Source: a bacterium
GTDB lineage: Bacteria; JAHJDO01
Length of the DNA: 64,000 bases
Direction of reading: 5' to 3'
Assembly: GCA_043824255.1 (NCBI GenBank)
Contig: JBDRTG010000043.1
Coordinates: forward strand, 47,644-111,643
The notes under the pieces are model-generated. The model searched no databases, had not been told where the DNA came from, and saw nothing but the letters and a program-made list of their open reading frames with translations. Shown here piece after piece: positions 49,268 through 57,809 of this stretch; position 1 is the first letter of the stretch; every line of letters starts with the position of its first letter. The position numbers and the translations under genes were made by a program.

Positions 49268-50038
49268 ATGCAACAAGTAAAAGTAATCCCATGTCTGGAT
49301 ATAAAAGACGGACGAGTAGTTAAAGGCGTAAAGTTTGTTGAATTAAAAGATGCACGTGATCCTGTAGAAGCAGCAACTGCTTATTGTGACGCAGGTGCGG
49401 ATGAACTTGTTTTTTTAGATATAGCCGCTTCTGTTGAAACAAGAGCCACACGCATGGATTGGGTAAAGAAGGTAAAAGAGGTAACAACCGTGCCCTTTTG
49501 TGTTGGTGGGGGCATAAGGAATTTAGACGATATGCAAACTCTTTTTGATATAGGAGTAAACAAAGTCTCTATTAATACATCTGCTGTTAAAAATCCCTCT
49601 TTAATCAAAGATGCTGTTGAAAAATTTGGCAAAGAAAGAATTGTTGTTGCTATTGACGGGAAGAAAAATCCACCTGAGGGTAGCCGTCCGAGATTAGAGC
49701 TCCTGATTATGGGGGGAGTGGAGTCGACTGGTCTGGATGTGGTTGAATGGGCAAAAAAGGTGGAACAGTTAGGCGCAGGAGAAATTCTCCTGACCAGCAA
49801 GGATGTGGATGGTACAAAAGAAGGGTATGATATTGAGATGACCAAGGCAGTAGCAGAAGCCGTCTCAATTCCTGTTACCGCCTCAGGCGGGGCGGGGAAA
49901 TTAGAGGACCTTTATGAAGTCATAATCCAGGCTAAAGCAGCCAATGTCCTATGCGCTTCAGTATTTCATTTTGGAGAGCTCACAATCCAAGAAGTAAAAA
50001 AATATCTAAAGGGAAGAGGTATAGCGGTCAGGGCATAA
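49268..50038 (+). CDS. hisF: Imidazole glycerol phosphate synthase cyclase subunit HisF
   Basis: 'IPCLDIKDGRVVKG' (Asp11), 'DELVFLDI', 'VGGGIR', 'VAIDG' (Asp130), 'GEILLTS', 'ASGGAG'. Start moved to ATG 49268. Confidence 0.93.
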   Translation: MQQVKVIPCLDIKDGRVVKGVKFVELKDARDPVEAATAYCDAGADELVFLDIAASVETRATRMDWVKKVKEVTTVPFCVGGGIRNLDDMQTLFDIGVNKVSINTSAVKNPSLIKDAVEKFGKERIVVAIDGKKNPPEGSRPRLELLIMGGVESTGLDVVEWAKKVEQLGAGEILLTSKDVDGTKEGYDIEMTKAVAEAVSIPVTASGGAGKLEDLYEVIIQAKAANVLCASVFHFGELTIQEVKKYLKGRGIAVRA

Positions 50039-50066
50039 TAGCTACTATACTTGCAACTTTTTTACA

Positions 50067-51191
50067 CTAAAATATTTCATCTACGATTGTTTTTACATAT
50101 CTACCAATTGCAGGTGAAGATGTTAGCCCTGGAGACTCAATCCCGATAAGGTTAATAAGACCAGGTAATTTTCTCTCTTTCTCATGTACAATTACAAAGT
50201 CCTTTATTGGCTCTCCACGTTTTTGGATCTTGGGGTGGATACCCGCCATATCAGGAGATAGATCGCTTAGTTTAATAAAAGGCAAGAAAGTTTTCGTTGA
50301 TTCATAAAATAGTTGTTTGTTGGTTTCGTCTACATCGTAATCAATGGTGTCAATAAAGTAGTCATAGGGGCCTAATTTTACCATCCCTTGCAGGTCAGGA
50401 ACAGTATGGATCCCTACATAACCTGGCTTTGGAGGAGAAGGATAGATAAGCCTGTGAGCAAGTTTATCTTTAGATCCACTAACGCTGAAGTATTCTCCTT
50501 TGCAATAATTGATACGATAGTTTGCGCTATCAATATCAATACCAACAAGCGCGGCAATATTCCCTGATTCTAATCCTGCGCTATTAATGAGAATTCTCGT
50601 AAAGAGATTTAGCATTTCTCCATCTGTATCCTGAATGCCTACCTGATAGCCTCCAGATACTTTCTCTATCAACTTGACTTCACAACTGTAGGCAATTGTT
50701 GCATTATTATTATTAGCTGTAGTCTCAAAATATCTCATTAAGCTATGAGAGTCAATAATTCCTGAGGAAGGGCAAAGGATTGCCGCCTTGGCTCTAACAT
50801 TGGGCTCAAGGTCATGAACTTCCTTTGAAGATATTATTCTTAAGTCCCTTGCCCCATTTTCTCTTCCTTTTTCTAAAAGTTCTTCCAGATCTCTTATCTC
50901 CTTTTCATTTGTGGCAACAATTAACTTACCAATAGGATTATAGGGAATATTATTTTCTTTACAGATTTGATAGAGCAAAATGTTCCCTTCTACGCAGAGT
51001 TTGGCTTTAAGAGAACCCTTGGGATAGTAAATTCCGGCATGAATGACTTCGCTATTACGACTACTTGTCTCTTTCCCAAAACCAATATGTTTTTCTACAA
51101 TAAAAACATTTCTATCCTTCTTTGCCACTTGCGCCGCAATAGACAGACCAACAACGCCTGCTCCGATTATTATAATATCTGTTTCTTCCAT
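50067..51191 (-). CDS. FAD-dependent oxidoreductase (LhgO/L-2-hydroxyglutarate oxidase family)
   Basis: 'IIIGAGVVG', 'ETSSRNSEVIHAGIYY..GSLKA', 'GKLIVA', 'KGEYF', 'GIESPGLTSS'. Confidence 0.85.
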   Translation of the reverse strand: MEETDIIIIGAGVVGLSIAAQVAKKDRNVFIVEKHIGFGKETSSRNSEVIHAGIYYPKGSLKAKLCVEGNILLYQICKENNIPYNPIGKLIVATNEKEIRDLEELLEKGRENGARDLRIISSKEVHDLEPNVRAKAAILCPSSGIIDSHSLMRYFETTANNNNATIAYSCEVKLIEKVSGGYQVGIQDTDGEMLNLFTRILINSAGLESGNIAALVGIDIDSANYRINYCKGEYFSVSGSKDKLAHRLIYPSPPKPGYVGIHTVPDLQGMVKLGPYDYFIDTIDYDVDETNKQLFYESTKTFLPFIKLSDLSPDMAGIHPKIQKRGEPIKDFVIVHEKERKLPGLINLIGIESPGLTSSPAIGRYVKTIVDEIF

Positions 51192-51211
51192 TTGCTCTCT
51201 TCTATTTTAGT

Positions 51212-51565
51212 TTAGGTGAGTTCCTCTTCGGATTTTACAATATCATTAACAGGCACAGTAAACATTATTCCTGTACCCGGTTCTGTAAAATCAATCCCTT
51301 CTTCTTTCAAAATTTTCTCTAACTTGGAAAGAAACTTATCTCCCTCAATCAAAGCAAATATAGTTTTTGACGGAGTTTTTTCTTCTCCCATAAGCTGTCT
51401 TAATCCGGCGAATATCGGCACTTCATACGCCAAAAACTGGCCCAACCCCATGCTGTCTATAATTGTTGCTCCGCTAACTCCCAGTTCCACAAGAATGGAC
51501 AGAACATCCTCCAGGTGCTTTTCCTTATTTAAAACAATGAATAAAAGTTTCGTCCCGTTCGACAT
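51212..51565 (-). CDS. PII-like regulatory protein
   Basis: 'LFIVLNKE..LEDVL', 'GATIIDSMG.G', 'GTGIMFTVPV'; RBS ggaggag before ATG 51565. Confidence 0.75.
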   Translation of the reverse strand: MSNGTKLLFIVLNKEKHLEDVLSILVELGVSGATIIDSMGLGQFLAYEVPIFAGLRQLMGEEKTPSKTIFALIEGDKFLSKLEKILKEEGIDFTEPGTGIMFTVPVNDIVKSEEELT

Positions 51566-51590
51566 ATCATTCTCCTCCCCCAATAAAGCC

Positions 51591-52799
51591 CTAATAACGG
51601 CTTGTTTTTTTCTTGCCTATTTCTCCTGCTTTTGATATTGCAATTTTTGTTGTTATCGGGCCTATTATTTCAAAGAAAATTGTGGTTGCAGCAATTGTAT
51701 TTATAACAAGGACTGCTAAATGCGCTCCTGCTTCTCCCAAAGCGCTAAATTCCTTTGTAGCCAGAATAGCAAGCCCTATAGCAACGCCTGCCTGAGACAG
51801 AATGCCAAATCCCAGATATTTTTGAATTATTGCTGACATTTTCGATATTTTTGCGCCAAAAAAAGCTCCACCTATTAGTCCAACACTTCTACACAGAATA
51901 TATATCAATCCAATGAGTCCCATTGCCGGAAGAAGCTTTATCTGAAGATGAGCTCCTGCTATAACAAAAAAGACTATAAATATAGGCGTAGTAATAAAAT
52001 TAATTGCATCATAAGATCTTTTATTTGCAAACAGAAATAGATTAGTAAACACCATGCCCATGCTTAAATTTGCCATAATAAGCGAGAAATGCAGATAATT
52101 TGATAAACCGCTACAAATTAAAATTCCCCCTAAAGATACAGCTAATACTTCATGCTTTCTATGCAGCTTTCTTAAAAGATACCCAATAATAATTCCTATC
52201 AATCCGCCTAAAAGAATTGAGCCAAATATTTCAAATACAGGTCCTTTTACAATCCCGGCAAAAGATATTGAATTACCTGTCAAAAACATCCTTGCAATAG
52301 CAGCAGCAAACGCGTAAATCATAATCGCTAATCCATCATCCAGACCTACAACGGCATATAACATAGATGTTAGAGGCCCTTTTGATTTAAGTTCTTTCAA
52401 AACTGCCACAGTACCTGCGGGAGCGCTTGCTGGAGCCATTGCCCCAAATATAAGGGCTGTAGGTAGGTCATGTGTAAGTAGATATACTCCTAAAAAAACT
52501 AATAAAAATGCTCCGAATGATTCTGCAAGAATAATAACTAAAAGCCCTTTCCCCATTTTTCGCAGCAGCGCTATTCGCATCTCGCTTCCGATTATAAAGG
52601 CTACAATGCCCAGAGCTATATCGCTCAAGACATTCATCTTATCCAATGTTGCAAAGTTTATAATGTTAAAAAATGAACTGCCTAAGAAAAGCCCTGCAAG
52701 AAGATAGCCCACTACTGACGGAAGTTTTATATAGTTGACAAGTTTACCTATATAAAAGCCGAATATAATTGCCAGCCCTATAAAAAACAATATGTCCAT
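51591..52799 (-). CDS. Cation:proton antiporter (CPA/Na+-H+ exchanger family)
   Basis: Multi-TM; 'LPSVVGY', 'ASAPAGT', 'VGLDD', 'FFVIAGA', 'SQAGVAIGL'. Confidence 0.88.
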   Translation of the reverse strand: MDILFFIGLAIIFGFYIGKLVNYIKLPSVVGYLLAGLFLGSSFFNIINFATLDKMNVLSDIALGIVAFIIGSEMRIALLRKMGKGLLVIILAESFGAFLLVFLGVYLLTHDLPTALIFGAMAPASAPAGTVAVLKELKSKGPLTSMLYAVVGLDDGLAIMIYAFAAAIARMFLTGNSISFAGIVKGPVFEIFGSILLGGLIGIIIGYLLRKLHRKHEVLAVSLGGILICSGLSNYLHFSLIMANLSMGMVFTNLFLFANKRSYDAINFITTPIFIVFFVIAGAHLQIKLLPAMGLIGLIYILCRSVGLIGGAFFGAKISKMSAIIQKYLGFGILSQAGVAIGLAILATKEFSALGEAGAHLAVLVINTIAATTIFFEIIGPITTKIAISKAGEIGKKKTSRY

Positions 52800-52816
52800 A
52801 CCAAATTAGGCTGCGT

Positions 52817-53371
52817 TCAGCAGCAATTATTAATTTTCCTAAACATACCCGCAAATTTCTGCTTTGGAAATGATCTATCAAATTCCTTGAGCCACTTTAT
52901 TATATAGTCCTTATCAATCTTTGAGTTTTTCAAGAGAATATTTTTCACATCTTCAATGTCTTGGGGTCTATGAGCAAAAACTTTGTGAATTATTACGTCT
53001 TCAACAGACGCATAAGATACTCTGGTCTTACCTATTAGTATTTTCTTTGCCCTTTTTATGGCTTCCCTTTCATATGTAGTAAAGGAAAAGATGAAGTCAA
53101 CCCTTATACCAGTATTTTTGTCCATAGCGGGCAAGACCATTGTTTTCTTAACAAAAGAGTCTATATTCTCTGGAAGAATCTGAAGTGAAATTTGGTTTAT
53201 TATAGATAGAATGTCCTGCAACCTCTCATTTCCAACACCAAGTGTTATGTCAATATCTCTTGTAAATCGAGGTTCTCCATAAAGAATAACTGCATGTCCG
53301 CCTATTATCATGTAAGGAATTTTGTTCGTACTTAAAACTCGTCCTATTTTTGATATTAATCTTCTGAACAT
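52817..53371 (-). CDS. Nucleotidyltransferase (DUF6036/AbiEii-like), putative toxin
   Basis: 'YMIIGGHAVILYGEPRFTRDID' (GG...DxD NTase motif), 'VDF', 'EDVIIHK...R.QD..D'. Confidence 0.8.
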   Translation of the reverse strand: MFRRLISKIGRVLSTNKIPYMIIGGHAVILYGEPRFTRDIDITLGVGNERLQDILSIINQISLQILPENIDSFVKKTMVLPAMDKNTGIRVDFIFSFTTYEREAIKRAKKILIGKTRVSYASVEDVIIHKVFAHRPQDIEDVKNILLKNSKIDKDYIIKWLKEFDRSFPKQKFAGMFRKINNCC

Positions 53372-53562
53372 GAATTTAAAACCTTTGCTATCCTTAAGCT
53401 AACATCTATGCCTTCCAATGGGTCTTTTCGTGATAGAACACCAACACTCAGAGCTTCGTGCCACATGGATTCCAATATTCTTAGTGCTTCTTCATAAGTC
53501 AATTTTTGTTTTGAGTTAAAATCATCTTCAAAGCGTCTTAAATATTCAGCATCTTTAATCAT
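53356..53562 (-). CDS. Small protein coupled to the nucleotidyltransferase, putative antitoxin
   Basis: 68 aa; overlaps the NTase start by 16 nt; 'DPLEGIDV.LRIA..LN' pattern. Confidence 0.6.
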   Translation of the reverse strand: MIKDAEYLRRFEDDFNSKQKLTYEEALRILESMWHEALSVGVLSRKDPLEGIDVSLRIAKVLNSCSED

Positions 53563-53590
53563 ATTACTATTAATTCAGCTCTATATTTAG

Positions 53591-54046
53591 TTAGTCCTCA
53601 ACTTGTCTTATGGCACTCAGTATCTCGCCTGCGTTTTGCGCTTCCAAAAGCTGCTGTCTGAAAGATTCTTTTTTTAATAGTCTTGTAAGGTGAGCTAAAA
53701 CCTGAAGGTATTTATTGATATCCTTTTTTGGAGTGCCCATTAAAAAAACCAGTTTTACAGGTTTGTTATCTATTCCATTAAAATCAACGCCTTGAGAGAC
53801 CCTTCCAAACGCAATAATAATATTATTCACAGCATCTGTTCTGGCATGCGGGATAGCTATTTCATTGCCTATTCCTGTAGCACCCAATTTCTCCCGCTCA
53901 AAAACATCCTTTAAAAACATATCAAAATCAGTAACATCTTCAGAATCTTTTAATAACTCAGCTAGTTCTCTTATTACACCATCCTTTGTTGTATTTTCTA
54001 AAGCTAAACAAATCATTTTTTCTGAGATATGGTCTGATATTCTCAT
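53591..54046 (-). CDS. PTS system EIIA-type (fructose/nitrogen-like) protein
   Basis: 'REKLGATGIGNEIAIPHAR' (phospho-His), 'FNGIDNKPVKLVFL'. Confidence 0.9.
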   Translation of the reverse strand: MRISDHISEKMICLALENTTKDGVIRELAELLKDSEDVTDFDMFLKDVFEREKLGATGIGNEIAIPHARTDAVNNIIIAFGRVSQGVDFNGIDNKPVKLVFLMGTPKKDINKYLQVLAHLTRLLKKESFRQQLLEAQNAGEILSAIRQVED

Positions 54047-54117
54047 GTTTAAAATCTCCTTCTTGATTTAAAAATTTCCTATATTCTACTGCAAACTAGT
54101 TTTTTGTAAAGCATTTG

Positions 54118-56634
54118 TTACGGCTTAACAACAACTGTTGAGGATGCGCTTTTTCTGAAGTATTTTTGTGCAATTTCTTTTATGCTTTCTTTAGTTACAG
54201 CCTTTATCCTGCGTTCATATTCATAGAAATTTTTGTATCCCAAGTCATACAATTCGCTCATAGCTAGGGAAAAGCAAAGCGCTTTGTTTGACTGATGTGC
54301 AATTCTATGTTTCCCTATAAGATTATTCTTAGCGAGTTCCAACTCGCGATTGCTAACAAAAGCATGTCTAAGTAATTGAATTTCTTCAAACAGGGCTTGT
54401 TTAGCCTCTGTGATTTTTTGTGGAATTGTTCCAGCATAAAACGCATACATCCCAGGGTCAAACCCCTCCCGGGAAAAAGATCCAACATAATATGCCAAAC
54501 CTCTCTTTTCTCTTATATTCATAATTAGCCGCGACCCAAGATCAGATAGGATTGCAGTTAATACATCAAATGTGTATCTGTGTGGAGTGTTAGCTGAAAT
54601 AGTTGGAAATCCTATCATAACAAGAGCCTGCTCTCCTTGCTTTTTCTTCTCTTCCTCTCTTTGTTCCTGCTGCATTGGTTCAGTTATATTTATCTCTGGA
54701 ATAAAGTATCTTGCATTAAATCTATTAAAATACCTGGTGAAAGAATCAAAAATTTTATTGCATTCCATATCTCCTACAATAGTAATGTAGGTATTTTTGG
54801 GTATACACATAGTTTTATAAAAATTTATGAGACTTAATTTATTTATGTTTAAGAGAGACCTTTCAGTGCCCAGGTTCTGAAACCTGTATGGATGCTTTTT
54901 ATAGATGGTTTGGCGCATTATATCCATGCCAAGATTAATTATCTCATCTCTTCTTGCTTTTATTTCAGCCAGAACAATAGATCTTTCCTTTTTTATCTGA
55001 TCTGGTAAAAATGTTGGATTAATTATTACATCAGCTAAGATATCCAATCCATGTACAAAGTTTTCTTTCAATATATCCATTGAAAATCCGAAGCTGTTAT
55101 CCCCGGAAAATCCGCTAAAGTCTCCGCCTGTTGCCTCAAATTCTTCTGCAATTTGGAATGCATTCCTATTTTTTGTTCCTTTTTGCATTACGCGCTGCAT
55201 CAGATTGCAAATACCATTATTACCGTTGTTTTCATGCCTAATGCCGCCTTTAAATAACGCGCAAACAGAAATAATTGGCGTGGTGTGTTTTTCTATCGCT
55301 ACAACAGTCATGCCATTTATTTTTTTAGTTTCTATATTCTGCCTTTTTGCAGACCTTCTTGCTAGACTTATTGTTGCGGGCATTTTTTGTTTTAATGTAA
55401 TTATAGACATATTATTTTCTACAAGATAAATTTCAGCAGCCCTTTGAATGTCTCCTAGAGTAATTTTATTTATTTCTTCTACATATTTTTCAGAGAAATA
55501 CATATCGCCTGTTAAAAACTCATTTACTATGACACTTCCTGCTATGCTATCTACTGTTTCCATATGACAATAATGATCAAAAATAACCATTCTCTTTGCT
55601 TTAAAAAGATCTTTTTTGGAGAGTCCGTCTCCTTTAATGAGTTCTATTTGTTTTCTGGTTTCTTTAATTGTTCTTTCAATACTTTCTTCCGCTAAAACAT
55701 AAGTTATGCCAAAAACTCCTGTATCTTTTGGAATATGCGAAAAACTTTCTACGGAAGAAACTAATTGCTTTGTCTCAATAAGAGCTTTGTATAAAAACGA
55801 ACTGTGTCCATGACCAAGTATTATTGAAAGCACATCAAGAGCATAAGTGTCAGGATGAATAATGCCCGGGATATGAAAGCACATAAACATACGTGGTATA
55901 TTTACATCTTTCTCTGTATGCAAAATTCTTTTATTAAGTTGTTTTGGCTCTTCGGGAATAATTGTTGGATTTATAGATTTTCTTTTAAAATCCTTAAGTG
56001 CTTTCCTTGCCATTCTCAGCGCGTTCTCATGAGTAATATCTCCTGCAATAGCAAGTATCATGTTATTTGGAACATACATCCTTTTATAATATGCAATTAA
56101 ATCTTCTCTTGATAAGCTCTCAAACAGTTCTCTGTGTCCTATTATTGGCTCCTTGTAGGGATGAGTCTTATACATTGTTTCCCATGCCAGTTTCTGCAAA
56201 AGAGTTTCAGGTTCGTCTATACACATATTTATTTCTTTAAGAATAACCTGATTTTCTTTTTTGCATTCTAAGGTGTCGAATGAGGAGTTCATAATAGCAT
56301 CTGCCTGAATTTCCAGCGCTTTATCAAGGGATTTAGAAGGAACAGTAACATGGTAAACTGTCCGGTCATAGGTTGTATATGCATTAAGCACTCCTCCCAG
56401 GTTTCTTATTTGGCGGGAGATTTCTCCTACTTTTCTTTTTTTTGTGCCTTTGAACAGCATATGCTCAATATAATGAGACACTCCAGATCCCATAAACTCT
56501 GCTTCTGTAATACTGCCAGCTTTTACTAAGATATAGATAGACACTATTGGAACACTATCCTTTTTACATGTAATCACTGTCGTTCCATTTTCTAGAGTAT
56601 GTTTCTCTAAATCTAACGCATGAGTATTCTTCAC
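54118..56634 (-). CDS. M16 family zinc protease (pitrilysin-like, two-lobed)
   Basis: Inverted zinc motif 'HYIEHMLFKGT', 'NAYT..DRTVY'; degenerate second half with 'REKRGLAYYV'. Confidence 0.92.
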   Translation of the reverse strand: MKNTHALDLEKHTLENGTTVITCKKDSVPIVSIYILVKAGSITEAEFMGSGVSHYIEHMLFKGTKKRKVGEISRQIRNLGGVLNAYTTYDRTVYHVTVPSKSLDKALEIQADAIMNSSFDTLECKKENQVILKEINMCIDEPETLLQKLAWETMYKTHPYKEPIIGHRELFESLSREDLIAYYKRMYVPNNMILAIAGDITHENALRMARKALKDFKRKSINPTIIPEEPKQLNKRILHTEKDVNIPRMFMCFHIPGIIHPDTYALDVLSIILGHGHSSFLYKALIETKQLVSSVESFSHIPKDTGVFGITYVLAEESIERTIKETRKQIELIKGDGLSKKDLFKAKRMVIFDHYCHMETVDSIAGSVIVNEFLTGDMYFSEKYVEEINKITLGDIQRAAEIYLVENNMSIITLKQKMPATISLARRSAKRQNIETKKINGMTVVAIEKHTTPIISVCALFKGGIRHENNGNNGICNLMQRVMQKGTKNRNAFQIAEEFEATGGDFSGFSGDNSFGFSMDILKENFVHGLDILADVIINPTFLPDQIKKERSIVLAEIKARRDEIINLGMDIMRQTIYKKHPYRFQNLGTERSLLNINKLSLINFYKTMCIPKNTYITIVGDMECNKIFDSFTRYFNRFNARYFIPEINITEPMQQEQREEEKKKQGEQALVMIGFPTISANTPHRYTFDVLTAILSDLGSRLIMNIREKRGLAYYVGSFSREGFDPGMYAFYAGTIPQKITEAKQALFEEIQLLRHAFVSNRELELAKNNLIGKHRIAHQSNKALCFSLAMSELYDLGYKNFYEYERRIKAVTKESIKEIAQKYFRKSASSTVVVKP

Positions 56635-56646
56635 ATCAATCCTCCT

Positions 56647-57798
56647 CTATTCACATAAAAAAACGCATTTTCGCATAAGCCATTTAAACCTGCTGATTCT
56701 ATCAATACTTTCCTTGGCAACCACGCTTGCTTCAGCCATTGTCTTTTTGTCCATTTTTATCAACATGCATCCAATCCTCTGGTCTTTTTCAACAGGAGCT
56801 TGTATTCTATTAAACAAGATCTTTTGCATGACAATCTTCTTTTTGTCACTTTTTCTTATGACCAATGTTATGTCTTTATTGCTTATGCCATTAATGCATC
56901 TTTTGTTCCCCATTATTATAGGAGCATTCTCAAATACAATATCTCCTTCTTTCACCAAATTCAATTTAGCAAAATTTTTAAACCCCATATCCAAAATTTC
57001 TTTTGTTTTATCAAACCGCAGTTTCTTCGTAGGAGCGCCCATAACTACAGAAATGAGCCTCATGTTGCCTTTTTTTGCAGTAGCAGTGAAGCTCCAGCCT
57101 GCCCTTCGGTAATAACCTGTTTTCAACCCGTCAAGCTCAGGAAATGTTTTAAGAAGCTTGTTCGTATTGGTCAAAATAAACTTGTCATTTCTGAATGTGT
57201 CTGTTTTTGTATTAGTCCATTCAAGTACTGTTGGATATTTAACAAGTTCTCTTGCCAGAATCACCATGTCATAAGCAGAGGACATGTCTCCGCTATGACC
57301 ATTCTGGACTTTTGGAAGCCCGTTTGTAGTTTTGAATATAGTATCGTGCATTTTAAGTTCAGATGCTCTCTTATTCATTAATACAAGAAACTTCTTGGTA
57401 CTGCCGCTTATATGTTCACTAACAGCAACAGCCACGTCACACGCAGATTTTATCATAATGGCTTTCATCATATCTCTTAACGTAAAAACTTCTCCCTCCT
57501 TCAGATATACTTGTGAGCCTCCTATCATGCTCGCATGTCTTGATACTTTTATTTTATCACTTAGACTAATCTCTCCTTGTTTGACCTTTTCCATAACAAT
57601 GAGTGCAAGCATCATTTTAACCATTGAAGCAGGAGGCAATCTTCTGTGTATATTCATGGCAAAGAGTATCTTTCCTGTCTCTGCTTCCATAAGTATTGCT
57701 GATTTATATTTTCTCGTAGCAGAATAGGCTGGGTTTAAGCTGCAGAAGCTCAGGAACAAGAACGCTAAAACTACAGATTTAAAGACTAAATTCTTCAT
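56647..57798 (-). CDS. D-alanyl-D-alanine peptidase (S11, PBP5/DacA family)
   Basis: SxxK 'ASMVK', SxC 'SAC', KTG 'GLKTG', C-terminal PBP5_C domain; start moved to ATG 57798. Confidence 0.88.
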   Translation of the reverse strand: MKNLVFKSVVLAFLFLSFCSLNPAYSATRKYKSAILMEAETGKILFAMNIHRRLPPASMVKMMLALIVMEKVKQGEISLSDKIKVSRHASMIGGSQVYLKEGEVFTLRDMMKAIMIKSACDVAVAVSEHISGSTKKFLVLMNKRASELKMHDTIFKTTNGLPKVQNGHSGDMSSAYDMVILARELVKYPTVLEWTNTKTDTFRNDKFILTNTNKLLKTFPELDGLKTGYYRRAGWSFTATAKKGNMRLISVVMGAPTKKLRFDKTKEILDMGFKNFAKLNLVKEGDIVFENAPIIMGNKRCINGISNKDITLVIRKSDKKKIVMQKILFNRIQAPVEKDQRIGCMLIKMDKKTMAEASVVAKESIDRISRFKWLMRKCVFLCE

Positions 57799-57809
57799 AT
57801 CGTAATCAC

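Noticed and set aside
50067-51565. Linking the LhgO-like oxidase and PII-like protein to the ammonia operon
   Set aside because: They are on the opposite strand and belong to the antiporter transcription unit; the PII-like protein lacks a recognisable GlnB T-loop signature.
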